A stretch of DNA of 64,000 nt. Source: an uncultured Clostridium sp. (GTDB lineage: Bacteria > Bacillota > Clostridia > TANB77 > CAG-508). Positions 1-9,716 of this stretch are shown piece by piece. The stretch's first letter is position 1. The number at the start of each line of letters is the position of its first letter. The DNA is taken from assembly GCA_947647595.1 (NCBI GenBank), contig CANSKZ010000004.1, positions 71,541 to 135,540 on the forward strand. Reading direction: 5' to 3'. The notes beneath the pieces are model-generated. The model was not told the DNA's origin and did no database searches. It was given only the letters and a program-made list of their open reading frames with translations. A program made the translations under genes and the position numbers.

Positions 1-2
1 CA

Positions 3-242
3 GAAAAAGTTGGAATTGGTCCTTCCCATTTTGGGCAAATTGAAAGAGGAGATAATAAATGTAGTTTGCGTGTTATGACCAATATTGCAATCGAATTAGA
101 AACCAGTTTAGATACTTTAGTCAGAGGAGTCGATGAATACAATGCCAATACAGCATTAACAGAAATATTAGAGAAAGTACCCAAAGAAAAAAGACCAATT
201 TTTGTTAAAATGTGTGATACATTATCCGAGATGTTTCAATAA
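3..242 (+). CDS. XRE-family HTH transcriptional regulator, C-terminal part (5' end lies outside the window)
   Basis: Frame-3 ORF running from the window edge to TAA at 240-242; the translation ...EKVGIGPSHFGQIERGDNKCSLRVMTNIAIELETSLDTLVRG... is typical of the C-terminal helix of XRE HTH proteins. Confidence 0.5.
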   Translation, partial: EKVGIGPSHFGQIERGDNKCSLRVMTNIAIELETSLDTLVRGVDEYNANTALTEILEKVPKEKRPIFVKMCDTLSEMFQ

Positions 243-347
243 AAATAAAAGTGCCAATGATTTTATTGGTACTTTTTTTGCTTATCGTAATGCATTTTTT
301 ACTTTTTTGTGATAAAATAAAAAAGAATAAAAGATGGAGTTTTAAAA

Positions 348-1394
348 ATGCAAGAAATAGAATTGATAAAAAAAATAACAGAACCAATCATAAAATGGTA
401 CCAAGAAAACAAACGAGAATTGCCTTGGCGAAAAGGAAAAAATCCATATCATATCTGGATTTCCGAAATCATGTTACAACAAACGAGAATTGAAGCAGTA
501 ATGGGCTATTATCAACGTTTCCTAAAAAGTTTACCGACCATGCAAGATTTAGCAAAAGTAGACGAAGAAAAATTGTTAAAATTATGGGAAGGTTTAGGGT
601 ATTATAATCGTGCGAGAAATTTGAAAAAAGCAGCGCAAATTGTGCAGGAAAAATATCAGGGAAGCATGCCTAAAAGTTATCAAGAATTATTAGAATTGCC
701 AGGAATTGGTGAATATACAGCAGGTGCCATAGCTTCTATCGCATATGATGAAAAAGTCCCAGCAGTCGATGGAAATGTATTGCGTGTGATTAGTCGTGTG
801 GTGGCAAGTAAAAAAGATGTTTTAGAAGGTAAAACAAAAAAAGAATTTACAGAAAAATTGCAAAAAATTATGCCAAAACAAGCGGGAGATTTTAATGAAG
901 GATTGATGGAACTTGGAGAACGAATTTGTTTGCCAAATGGTAAACCAAATTGCGAAGAATGTCCATTGCAAGAATTTTGCTTGGCGAAAAAAGAAAATTT
1001 AACAGATTCCATTCCAGTACGAAAGATAAAAACGAAACGAAGAAAAGAGCAGAAAACCGTTTTTTTATTAGAATATAAAGGGAAAATAGCCATTCGAAAA
1101 AGAGAAAGTAAAGGATTGCTTGCGAATTTGTATGAGTTTCCCAATGTGGATGAAAAACTAACAAAGAAAGCAGTAGTTGATGTATTGAAAAAGTGGAATT
1201 TAGAGGCAAGTAACATAGAAGAAATAGGAATACATCATCATATTTTTTCACATGTAGAATGGGAGATGATTGGTTATAAGATTGCGGTAGAAATGATGAA
1301 TGAAGAATTTATTTGGGTAAAGAAAGAGGAACTTTTGGAAGAATATGCAATTCCGGGAGCATTTGGGAAGTTTCGTGAGAAAATATTGGAATGA
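348..1394 (+). CDS. mutY: A/G-specific adenine DNA glycosylase MutY
   Basis: 348-aa ORF with an HhH-GPD fold (LPGIGEYTAGAI), a 4Cys FeS cluster loop (CLPNGKPNCEECPLQEFC) and a NUDIX-like C-terminal domain. Confidence 0.9.
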   Translation: MQEIELIKKITEPIIKWYQENKRELPWRKGKNPYHIWISEIMLQQTRIEAVMGYYQRFLKSLPTMQDLAKVDEEKLLKLWEGLGYYNRARNLKKAAQIVQEKYQGSMPKSYQELLELPGIGEYTAGAIASIAYDEKVPAVDGNVLRVISRVVASKKDVLEGKTKKEFTEKLQKIMPKQAGDFNEGLMELGERICLPNGKPNCEECPLQEFCLAKKENLTDSIPVRKIKTKRRKEQKTVFLLEYKGKIAIRKRESKGLLANLYEFPNVDEKLTKKAVVDVLKKWNLEASNIEEIGIHHHIFSHVEWEMIGYKIAVEMMNEEFIWVKKEELLEEYAIPGAFGKFREKILE

Positions 1395-1484
1395 TATTTT
1401 TATGTTAATGAAGTAAGTAAAAAAATGATTCTTTACTTGTATAATGAAATTGAATGTTATATAATAATAAAAAGGAGGAACAAA

Positions 1485-2636
1485 ATGCTTTCAAAAATTT
1501 ATTTAGATAATAATGCAACAACAAAATGTGATGAAGAAGTTATGAATAGTGTCATTCCCTATTTAAAAGAAAGTTATGGAAATCCGAGTAGTCTCTATGC
1601 TTTTGGAAAAGAGATAAAAAATAAAATTTCAGAAGCGAGAAAAAATGTTGCTAAATTGCTTCATGCAAAGGAAAATGAAATTGTATTTACAAGTTGTGCA
1701 AGTGAAAGCAATGTAACAGCAATTCTAAATGCTGTTAGAAACCATCCAGACAAAAAACAGATTATTACAACAATGGTAGAGCATGCTTCTATTATGGAAA
1801 CAATGAAATATTTGACAACAAAAGGGTATCAGATTATTTATTTAGCGGTTGATGAAAAAGGAAGAATCAATTTAGAGGAATTAGAAAATGCAATAACAAA
1901 AGATACTTTACTGATTTCTATTATGATGGCAAATAATGAAATTGGAAATATTTATCCGATTCGAGAAATTGGGAAGATAGCTAAAAAACATGGTATTTTA
2001 TTTCATTGTGACGCAGTTCAAGCAGTTGGAAAAATAAAAATAGATGTTCAAGAAATGAATATTGATACATTGTCAATATCAGGACACAAAATTCATGCTC
2101 CAAAAGGAATAGGTGTTTTATATGTTAAAAATGAGATTCCTTTTACATCGTTGATTTTTGGGCACCAAGAAAACAATCGACGAGGAGGAACAGAAAATGT
2201 ACCATACATAATTGGAATGGGAAAAGCAATTGAGCTACTGTTGGAAGATAATGGAAAAGACAATCGAAAAATAGAAATGCTAAGAAATAAAATGGAAAAA
2301 AGGATTCAAGAGGAAATCGAAGATGTTTGGATTTATGGCGACTTAGAAAATCGTCTTCCCAATACTACAAACATTGCTTTTCAAGGAGTGAAAGGAGAAG
2401 AAATTTTGTTTGTTTTAGAAAATGAGGGAATCTATGTTGGAACAGGTTCAGCTTGTAATTCTCAAAATGCAGAGCCTTCCCATGTTTTAACTGCAATGGG
2501 AATTGATCTAAAAAACAGTTCTCCCATTCGAATTAGTTTGAGTAAATATAATACAGAAGAGGAAATAGATAGATTTGTAGAAAGTTTGTCAAGAGTAGTA
2601 AAAATGTTAAGGAAAATTAATTATGAGAAAAAATAA
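1485..2636 (+). CDS. Cysteine desulfurase (NifS/IscS family, class V aminotransferase)
   Basis: The RBS AAAAGGAGG precedes ATG 1485. The protein carries conserved YLDNNATT, a PLP lysine region (SISGHKIHAPKG) and the active-site loop GSACNS. Confidence 0.9.
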   Translation: MLSKIYLDNNATTKCDEEVMNSVIPYLKESYGNPSSLYAFGKEIKNKISEARKNVAKLLHAKENEIVFTSCASESNVTAILNAVRNHPDKKQIITTMVEHASIMETMKYLTTKGYQIIYLAVDEKGRINLEELENAITKDTLLISIMMANNEIGNIYPIREIGKIAKKHGILFHCDAVQAVGKIKIDVQEMNIDTLSISGHKIHAPKGIGVLYVKNEIPFTSLIFGHQENNRRGGTENVPYIIGMGKAIELLLEDNGKDNRKIEMLRNKMEKRIQEEIEDVWIYGDLENRLPNTTNIAFQGVKGEEILFVLENEGIYVGTGSACNSQNAEPSHVLTAMGIDLKNSSPIRISLSKYNTEEEIDRFVESLSRVVKMLRKINYEKK

Positions 2637-2994
2637 AATTTTTGGAATCAATCAAAAAGAGGATTGTCCTGGTGATGCGTTAATGAAATTATATCGAAAC
2701 CATATAGATGAATTAAGGAAAAATGTGTTGTTTTCGAAATCCAGTATTGACTTTTTTAAAAAGATGGCGGATGTTGTAGAGAAAGAAAAAAGAATATTGA
2801 CATTTTATTGGAGAGCGTTACCAGAAGAAGATTTGCCATCTTTAAAAATAAAGGTGCAAAAGAAAGATAAACAATATGAGTTAATTTATTTAAAGGAAAA
2901 AGTAAATTATCAAGAAAGGCAAAATGATTTTCAGGGAAGAGTAACGCTTAATATAAATCATAGTAACCTAAGAAAACTAAAAAAGGAAAGATAA
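2623..2994 (+). CDS. Hypothetical protein (overlaps the end of the desulfurase gene by 14 nt)
   Basis: 123-aa ORF with an AAGGAAA RBS; no motif recognised. Confidence 0.45.
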   Translation: MRKNKIFGINQKEDCPGDALMKLYRNHIDELRKNVLFSKSSIDFFKKMADVVEKEKRILTFYWRALPEEDLPSLKIKVQKKDKQYELIYLKEKVNYQERQNDFQGRVTLNINHSNLRKLKKER

Positions 2995-3025
2995 TGATTG
3001 ATAAAAAGGAGGAAAAGGAAAGATA

Positions 3026-3629
3026 ATGGCAGTTTTAGTTAATTTTAAAATATGCGATAATGACAAAGCGTGTAGTGGAATGGAAGCATGTCCCAATCGG
3101 TGTTTTTTCATGGGAAAACAATGGATTAGTTATTCATAATGAAAAGTGTACTTCTTGTGGTAAATGTGAAAAAGTATGTATGGTATCTGCCATTAGGGTT
3201 GCCAAAAATGAAGAAGAATATCAAAAAATACAAAAAGAAATAGAAGAAGATCCAAGAAACATTAATGATTTATTAGTGGATCGCTATGGAGCTAAACCAA
3301 TTGATATAGCCATGATTGGAAGAGAAGAAGAAATAGAGAAAAAGTTAGAAGCAAAAAGACCAATGCTTGTTGAATTATACAACGAAGATTCTCTTATGTG
3401 CTTGTTGAGTAGTATACCGATGAAAGAAATTGCAGACGCATTTGATCAAGAAACAAGATACAGAAAAGTAGAAGTAAAAAAACAAGAGACATTGGAAAAA
3501 TATCAAATCGAAGAATTGCCAGCTATGTTACTATTTAAATCAGGAAAATTAGTTGGGAAAATTGAGGGATATTATACAAATGAGCAAAAAGATATTTTCT
3601 TGGAAAAGATAAAAAAGATTTTAAATTAG
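3026..3629 (+). CDS. 4Fe-4S ferredoxin-like N-terminus fused to a thioredoxin-like C-terminal domain; needs a +1 frame change at in-frame CGG 3098-3100
   Basis: Strong RBS AGGAGG 10 nt before ATG 3026. Frame 2 reads MAVLVNFKICDNDKACSGMEACPN-R(CGG)-CFFMGKQWISYS*. Skipping C3098 joins it to the long frame-0 ORF, giving ...ACPNGVFSWENNGLVIHNEKCTSCGKCEKVCMVSAI... (two Cys motifs) followed by a Trx-like ELPAMLLFKSGKLVGKIEGYY. Confidence 0.6.
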
Positions 3630-3643
3630 AAGAGGAATAAAAA

Positions 3644-4423
3644 ATGAACAACGAATACCTAAAATTTGCCAAACAAATAGCATACAAGGCAGGCGAAATT
3701 ATGCTAAAATATTTTGAAACAGACAATGGAGCAACTTATAAATGTGACAAAACGATTGTTACATTGGCAGATAAAGAAATAAACAAATATTTGATTGAAA
3801 AAGTAAAAGAAAGATTCCCCGAACATTCTGTTGATGGTGAAGAGAATTCTTTTGGAAAAAGCAAATACGTTTGGGTGTGTGACCCAATTGACGGAACGGC
3901 TATGTATGCAAGACACATTCCAGTAGCCACTTTTTCGTTGGCTTTAGTAATTGACGGAATCCCAGAAGTTGGTGTAATTTATGATCCATTTTTAAAACAT
4001 TTATATTCTGCTCAAAAAGGAAAAGGGGCATACAAAGACGAGGAAAAAATATCCGTTAATGCTATTGAATTGGAAGATAAAAGAGCAGTGAACCAATATG
4101 ATATGTGGCCAAAAGCAGAATATAATATCTATGATGTGATAAAAGAATTGGGTGAAAAGACCTATTTTGTGAGTATTGGAAGTATCGTAAGGGCAAGCGT
4201 TTGTGTGGCAAGTGGAGAATTTGTATCGGCTATCTTTCCAGGAACAAAGCATAAAAATTGTGACATTGCAGCCGCAAAAATCATTGTCGAAGAGGCTGGT
4301 GGAAAAGTAACAAACCTTTTTGGAAAAGAACAAAGATATGACCAAGATATCAATGGTGCCATTATTAGTAATGGAAAAGTGCATGACGAAATTGTTGGAG
4401 TCATTAAAAAATATTGTAAATAG
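3644..4423 (+). CDS. Inositol monophosphatase family protein (SuhB/IMPase-like)
   Basis: WVCDPIDGT metal-binding motif and DIAAAKIIVEEAGGKVTNL C-terminal motif. Confidence 0.85.
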   Translation: MNNEYLKFAKQIAYKAGEIMLKYFETDNGATYKCDKTIVTLADKEINKYLIEKVKERFPEHSVDGEENSFGKSKYVWVCDPIDGTAMYARHIPVATFSLALVIDGIPEVGVIYDPFLKHLYSAQKGKGAYKDEEKISVNAIELEDKRAVNQYDMWPKAEYNIYDVIKELGEKTYFVSIGSIVRASVCVASGEFVSAIFPGTKHKNCDIAAAKIIVEEAGGKVTNLFGKEQRYDQDINGAIISNGKVHDEIVGVIKKYCK

Positions 4424-4432
4424 GAGAAAGCA

Positions 4433-4748
4433 ATGATTGATTTAAAAAACTTACAAAAACAAATTTATCAAAATAAATTAGACAAAAAATTTAACGTAAC
4501 CGATGTTAGCATGGAATTTGCCCTTACTTATGGCGAACTTCGGGGAAGCTTATGATGCTTATTGGAAGAAAAAAGGAAATGTTGGTGAAGAAATCGCAGA
4601 TGTTGTAATTTATTTATTGGGACTTTCTGAAATATTAGGGATTGATTTGGAAAAGGAACTTTTGAATAAAGTAGAAATCAATAAAAAGAGGGTTTATAAA
4701 AAAATAGATGGCGTTGTAACAAAAGTGGAAAAGAAAGAGGAGAATTAA
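4433..4748 (+). CDS. MazG-like nucleotide pyrophosphohydrolase (YpjD-like); needs a +1 frame change at in-frame CGG 4541-4543
   Basis: ATG 4433 in frame 2 reads MIDLKNLQKQIYQNKLDKKFNVTDVSMEFALTYGEL-R(CGG)-GSL*. Skipping C4541 gives ...TYGELGEAYDAYWKKKGNVGEEIADVVIYLLGL..., which matches the ELGE/EEIGD motifs of MazG-like proteins. Confidence 0.75.
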
Positions 4749-4894
4749 ATAAAAAGTCAATACTAACCAAAAGTTTAAAAATCAATTTAAAATTATTGCA
4801 ATTTTTAATTGATTTTTTTTTGGAATTGGCATATAATAAAACAGAAAGTTGTTAATTAACATTTTCCAAAACCTTAAAATAAAAGGTGATTAAA

Positions 4895-5779
4895 ATGAAA
4901 AAAATAATTTTTAAAGGTTGTGGAACAGCCATTATTACGCCATTTACGAACGATGGTGTAAATTTTAAAGAATTTGAAAAAATGCTAGAAGACCAAATAG
5001 CCAATAAAATTGATGCAATTATTGTTTGTGGAACAACTGGCGAATCTTCAACAATGACATTAGAAGAAAGAAAAGAAACCATAAAATTTGCAGTTGACGT
5101 CATACATAACCGTGTTCCTGTTATCGCTGGAACAGGTGGAAATTGCACAAAATCTGTAATTGAAATGACAAAATATGCAGAAAGTGTTGGTGTTGACGGC
5201 GCCTTAATTGTAACGCCTTATTACAACAAAACAACCCAAGAAGGCTTAGTAGCGCATTATAAAGCGATTGCACAAGAAACCAGTTTGCCGATTATTTTAT
5301 ATAATGTACCAAGTCGAACAGGGGTTAATATTTTACCAAAAACATGTTTAGAATTATCCAAAATTGAAAATATTGTTGCCGTGAAAGAAGCCAGTGGAAA
5401 TTTATCACAAGTCGCAGAAATCGCAAACCTTTGCGGTGATGCGCTAAAAATATATTCGGGAAATGATGACCAAATTTTGCCCGTCTTATCCATTGGAGGA
5501 ATTGGTGTAATTTCTGTTCTTTCCAATATTATGCCAGAATTTACACATACTATGGTGGAAGACTTTTTTCATAAAAATTTAGAAAAAGCGATTTCAGCTC
5601 AGTTAAAAGCGATTCCGTTAATCCAAGCTTTATTTTCAGAAGTGAATCCAATTCCTGTAAAAGCTGCCTGTAATATAATTGGATATGAAGCAGGATTACC
5701 AAGACTTCCCTTACTTAAAATGAGCTCAGAAAAACAAGAAATTTTGAAAAAAGAAATAGAAAAATTAAAAATGCAATAA
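4895..5779 (+). CDS. dapA: 4-hydroxy-tetrahydrodipicolinate synthase
   Basis: 295 aa with the TPF motif, the GTTGE region and the active-site K region of the DapA family. The RBS AAAGGTGA precedes ATG 4895. Confidence 0.9.
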   Translation: MKKIIFKGCGTAIITPFTNDGVNFKEFEKMLEDQIANKIDAIIVCGTTGESSTMTLEERKETIKFAVDVIHNRVPVIAGTGGNCTKSVIEMTKYAESVGVDGALIVTPYYNKTTQEGLVAHYKAIAQETSLPIILYNVPSRTGVNILPKTCLELSKIENIVAVKEASGNLSQVAEIANLCGDALKIYSGNDDQILPVLSIGGIGVISVLSNIMPEFTHTMVEDFFHKNLEKAISAQLKAIPLIQALFSEVNPIPVKAACNIIGYEAGLPRLPLLKMSSEKQEILKKEIEKLKMQ

Positions 5780-5793
5780 GGAGTTTGTGTTTC

Positions 5794-6360
5794 ATGAATT
5801 CAGAAGAAGAAAAAAAACAAGAAGACAGTAATTCAAATTTAGTCAAAGTGGATGTTGATATTCAAGAGTTTCAGAGTATCATCAAAGACATCATAGCGAA
5901 TTCAAGTGTGTTGTCCTTGAAAGAACATGTGCAACATATGAAAGGTTCTCGTTACCAGCATTGTTATGAAGTGGCATATTATACGTATATTCTTTCGAAA
6001 AAATTAGGATTGGACTATATTTCAGCCACACGTGGTGCGATGTTACATGATTTCTATTTTTATGACTGGAGAAACAAAGGTGTCGAAGGGCAAAAACGTT
6101 TTCATGCTTACAGACACCCTAGAATTGCTTTAAATAATGCGATTGAAAATTTCGAATTAAATGAAGTTGAAAAAGACATTATCGTGAAACATATGTGGCC
6201 ACTTACCTTTCCGTTGCCACGTTTTTCAGAAAGCTATATTGTAACATTAGTCGATAAATATTGTGCGACAAAAGAATTTTTCAATTTTTTGAAATATAGA
6301 AAACATTTGAAAAAATTAAAAAGGTTAGAGAAAAAGAAGAAAGAAGAAAGGAACTTGTAA
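5794..6360 (+). CDS. HD-domain phosphohydrolase
   Basis: HD motif (HCYEVAYYTYILSKKLG...MLHDFYFYDW); RBS AAGGAG. Confidence 0.75.
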   Translation: MNSEEEKKQEDSNSNLVKVDVDIQEFQSIIKDIIANSSVLSLKEHVQHMKGSRYQHCYEVAYYTYILSKKLGLDYISATRGAMLHDFYFYDWRNKGVEGQKRFHAYRHPRIALNNAIENFELNEVEKDIIVKHMWPLTFPLPRFSESYIVTLVDKYCATKEFFNFLKYRKHLKKLKRLEKKKKEERNL

Positions 6361-6363
6361 TAT

Positions 6364-7107
6364 ATGAAAGTTTTAATCAATGGTTGCAATGGTAAAATGG
6401 GACAAGAAGTTGCCAAAGAAGTCAGATTTGCACAAGGAATGGATGTTGTCTGCGGAGTGGATAGAATGGATACAGGAGATAATTTGTTTCCCGTTTTTAC
6501 GAAAGTATCGGAGGTTAATATCATTCCAGATGTGATAATCGATTTTTCTGTGCCACAAGCGAGTTTTGAAATTTTAGCATTTGCCAAGAAAAATCATATT
6601 CCGACCGTTATTGCAACGACAGGATTTTCAGAATCAGAAATGAAAAAAATTGAAAATATGGCGAAAGATTTACCAATTTTTAAATCAGCGAATATGTCTT
6701 ATGAAATTAATGTAATGGCAAAAATCGTTAGTGAACTTGCGTTAAAATTAGAAAATTCGGATATTGAAATTGTTGAAACACATCACAATCGAAAAATTGA
6801 TAGTCCAAGCGGAACAGCCTTAATTTTAGCAGACAGCATCAATGAAGCATTAAATCACGAAATGGCATATGAATACGATAGGCATTCAAAACGAGAAAAA
6901 CGTACTAAAAAGGAAATCGGAATTCATTCAATTCGTGGCGGAACTGAAGTTGGAAAACATTCTGTGATTTTTTTAGGAGACAATGAAAGTTTTGAAATAA
7001 CGCATCACTGTACTTCTAGAAGTGTATTTGCTAGAGGTGCAATAAAAGCAGCAGAATTTATTTTACATAAAGAAAATGGACTATATTCAATGAATGATAT
7101 GGTATAA
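6364..7107 (+). CDS. dapB: 4-hydroxy-tetrahydrodipicolinate reductase
   Basis: N-terminal NAD-binding GCNGKMG and central ETHHNRKIDSPSGTA, the DapB signature. Confidence 0.9.
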   Translation: MKVLINGCNGKMGQEVAKEVRFAQGMDVVCGVDRMDTGDNLFPVFTKVSEVNIIPDVIIDFSVPQASFEILAFAKKNHIPTVIATTGFSESEMKKIENMAKDLPIFKSANMSYEINVMAKIVSELALKLENSDIEIVETHHNRKIDSPSGTALILADSINEALNHEMAYEYDRHSKREKRTKKEIGIHSIRGGTEVGKHSVIFLGDNESFEITHHCTSRSVFARGAIKAAEFILHKENGLYSMNDMV

Positions 7108-7130
7108 TTTATAAAGAAAGGATAGAAAGA

Positions 7131-7265
7131 ATGGAAGAAAAAAAGAAAAACAAAAAACCAATTGACAAAATGAAAATAGCAGAAAGAATTATTGCGATTA
7201 CAGTTATCATTTTTATGTTATTCTCTATGTGTGGTACATTAATTTATTATTTAATCCAAAAATAA
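7131..7265 (+). CDS. Small hypothetical membrane protein (44 aa)
   Basis: ORF MEEKKKNKKPIDKMKIAERIIAITVIIFMLFSMCGTLIYYLIQK with RBS AAAGGATAGAAAGA; it falls below the ORF-track cutoff. Confidence 0.3.
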   Translation: MEEKKKNKKPIDKMKIAERIIAITVIIFMLFSMCGTLIYYLIQK

Positions 7266-7277
7266 GGAAGTGAAAAA

Positions 7278-8168
7278 ATGTTAGAAAGTATCAAAGAAAT
7301 TTACCAAAATATAATTTTGGCGTACATAGAACAATTGTGTAATCAGCCACTTTTGCTGATTATGTCAATTTTTGATATTGTAGTTGTGATTTTTATCTTT
7401 TATAAATTATTTCAAATTTTAAAAGGAACCCGTGCTTGGCAATTATTAAAAGGAATCTTATTTTTAATATTGGGTACTTTTTTGAGTGATTTATTAAAAT
7501 TAAGAATCTTAAACTATATTTTATCATCTGTTATGACGTATGGTGTATTTATGCTAATTGTTATTTTCCAACCAGAATTAAGAAGAGCTTTAGAACAGCT
7601 TGGAACGAACAAATTTAGCAAATTTTTTGGAATTGACAATGACGTAAATGCCAAAACAAAAGAAAATATTTATCGAATTGCTATTGCTGCTATGGAACTA
7701 TCCAAAACGGGAACAGGCGCTTTAATGGTTATTGAAAGAGAAATTAAAATTGAAGATATTACGAATACAGGGATTTTAATGAATTCTGAAATTTCACCGC
7801 AATTGTTAGTTAATATTTTCGAACCCAAAACACCACTTCATGATGGAGCAGTCATCATCAGCAACAACAAAATTGCAGCAGCATCGTGTATGTTACCTTT
7901 AGCAGACGATAAAGATATTGCAAGAGAACTTGGAACACGTCACAGAGCAGCGATTGGAATTTCAAAAGAATCCGATGCCATTGTTGTAGTTGTTTCTGAA
8001 GAAACGGGAAAAGTGTCAATTGCAAAAGATGGAACTTTGATTGCAGATGTTAGAGAAGATGTATTAAAGAAAATTTTAATCAAAAATTTAATTGTAGAAC
8101 CAAAATCAAAGCCAAGAAAAAAAGTAATTAGAAAAGAAAATGTTGTCAGCAAACAAGAAGAAGAGTAA
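7278..8168 (+). CDS. cdaA: Diadenylate cyclase (c-di-AMP synthase) CdaA/DacA
   Basis: Three N-terminal TM helices plus a DAC domain with the DGA and RHRAAIG motifs. Confidence 0.9.
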   Translation: MLESIKEIYQNIILAYIEQLCNQPLLLIMSIFDIVVVIFIFYKLFQILKGTRAWQLLKGILFLILGTFLSDLLKLRILNYILSSVMTYGVFMLIVIFQPELRRALEQLGTNKFSKFFGIDNDVNAKTKENIYRIAIAAMELSKTGTGALMVIEREIKIEDITNTGILMNSEISPQLLVNIFEPKTPLHDGAVIISNNKIAAASCMLPLADDKDIARELGTRHRAAIGISKESDAIVVVVSEETGKVSIAKDGTLIADVREDVLKKILIKNLIVEPKSKPRKKVIRKENVVSKQEEE

Positions 8169-8201
8169 GTTAGAAAAAAGTTTTAAAAAATACCCTATTT
8201 T

Positions 8202-8900
8202 TTAAAACTTTAATTTTTTTACTTGTTTAGCAATGGTTTCATAATCAAAAACGTATTTTTCCATTAATTCATTGAATCCTTTGGTGTGATTCTTATATTT
8301 TAAATGGCAAAATTGATGAAGAATGATAAAACGGATAATTTCATTGGAATATTGCATAATGGAAGGAGCAATGAAAATATTTTGATTGGAGCATTTTGCC
8401 AAACAATCTTCGAGTGGTTTGATTTTGAAATCTTCGGGTGCAAAACCAAGTAAATGCCTGATATCTTCCATAATACTTTCTAATTCTTCTTTGGCAATTG
8501 AAGAATACATTTTGGAAAGTGTTGCTTGAATGATTTTGGTTTTGTCTAAGTCAATATATTTAGCAGGTAAAACGATTTCAATGTATTTTTTTAATAAATT
8601 CAAAGTTGGATTTTTATGATTCGCATATTTTACAATTACATCATATTGTTTTCCTAAAACATAAACTGGTTTGGCATTTATTTTTTGTTTTCGGATATTC
8701 TCTGCCTCAATGTATTCTTGTAAATGCTTTAAAATCCAATTTTTCTTTTCTTCGACGATTTCTTGAATTTGTTTAGTTGTATAATACCAAGGAGCTTTGA
8801 CAATGACTTCACCATTTTGAATGGAGATGTAGAGACTAGAATTTGCGGTTTTATCGACAGTATAGGTAATAACATCATTTTTGTTTTTTAATAAGCTCAT
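8202..8900 (-). CDS. YgjP/DUF45-like metal-dependent hydrolase (HExxH-type zinc peptidase fold)
   Basis: C-terminal LAKCSNQNIFIAPSIMQYSNEIIRFIILHQFCHLKYKNHTKGF resembles the WLM/DUF45 motif. The RBS AAAGGAGA precedes the second ATG (8900). Confidence 0.65.
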   Translation of the reverse strand: MSLLKNKNDVITYTVDKTANSSLYISIQNGEVIVKAPWYYTTKQIQEIVEEKKNWILKHLQEYIEAENIRKQKINAKPVYVLGKQYDVIVKYANHKNPTLNLLKKYIEIVLPAKYIDLDKTKIIQATLSKMYSSIAKEELESIMEDIRHLLGFAPEDFKIKPLEDCLAKCSNQNIFIAPSIMQYSNEIIRFIILHQFCHLKYKNHTKGFNELMEKYVFDYETIAKQVKKLKF

Positions 8901-9063
8901 TTTATCTCCTTTCATTGCAAAACTTTTGTTTGTATTATTTTATCGAAAAGTGAAAAAAATGTCAAGTATTTTCAGAAAAAATGTTCGGGATTTTTAAAAG
9001 AAATGAGCCCAACTGCAGTCTGCAATTAGGCTTTGGTTACTTTAATATGTTTCGGTTTTGTCA

Positions 9064-9468
9064 TCATTTTCTTCTTTCTGTTTCCGTTTTATTTCTTTCA
9101 GTAAATTGTATACATAGAAGCGGAAGAATACTAAGAAGAAATAAGATAAAAGATAGGAGTAAAATTGCACTTTGTTCAGTACTGTTAAGATATTCAAGAT
9201 TTGGAAACAATGTCGATATCATGAAAAATAGAAGCATGATACTTAAATGAGAAAATATTTCTAAAGCATCATTACGTGTTATCGTTTTATGTTCTAATAG
9301 AATTTCCACCACAATTTTTACCATAAAACGAAAAGTGCTAGAATAGTATACCCACACCAAAATGATTGGAGAGATTCCATCACGATTAATAGCATATGTA
9401 ATGAAAGCTAAAGTCAGTGACAAGAAAAGGGCTAAAAGGTGTTGTGTTTTTGTTTTCCGTAAATCCAT
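9064..9468 (-). CDS. Hypothetical membrane protein; contains an in-frame CGG (9457-9459) at codon 4
   Basis: Four predicted TM segments and a strong RBS GGAGGAATTCATT before the ATG; no recognisable family. Confidence 0.45.
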   Translation of the reverse strand: MDLRKTKTQHLLALFLSLTLAFITYAINRDGISPIILVWVYYSSTFRFMVKIVVEILLEHKTITRNDALEIFSHLSIMLLFFMISTLFPNLEYLNSTEQSAILLLSFILFLLSILPLLCIQFTERNKTETERRK

Positions 9469-9650
9469 AATGAATTCCTCCTAAAATTAAAGTTATATAT
9501 ATTTCTATAGTTATATTATATCATAGTTACCATAAAATGTCAAGAATCTCTCTAAGCCATTATTGCAATAAAATAGACATAAATCATTATAAACAGTCAG
9601 AACGTCTTAAAATAATTTTTAGATATTTTTGCAGAGATTTTGAAAATGGA

Positions 9651-9680
9651 TTGAAAAAGAATAAAAACTTATGGTATAAT
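9651..9680 (+). promoter_or_regulatory. Sigma-A-type promoter upstream of hpt (TTGAAA-N18-TGnTATAAT)
   Basis: -35 TTGAAA 9651-9656 and extended -10 TGGTATAAT 9672-9680. Confidence 0.45.
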
Positions 9681-9716
9681 AAAAATTAACCATTAGAAGA
9701 GAAAAAAATAGGAGGA

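Noticed and set aside
680-1251. Minus-strand ORFs inside mutY, and similar antisense ORFs inside other conserved genes (e.g. 35731-36120, 50918-51181)
   Set aside because: They lie antisense within genes that have strong homology support and lack RBSs.
2977-3028. 17-nt direct repeat aaaaggaaagataatg (end of ORF 2623-2994 and RBS of the ferredoxin-like gene)
   Set aside because: It is short and AT/purine-rich, most likely a coincidental or duplicated RBS-stop junction. There is no evidence for a mobile element or recombination site.
3101-3106. T6 homopolymer first suspected as the frameshift site of the ferredoxin/thioredoxin gene
   Set aside because: The join is exact at the CGG codon three nt upstream (3098-3100). 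Using it gives the conserved CPNGVF motif, whereas shortening the T-run gives a poorer motif.
8981-9250. 89-aa plus-strand ORF
   Set aside because: It overlaps the better-supported minus-strand membrane-protein gene 9064-9468 and has no RBS and a low-complexity translation.
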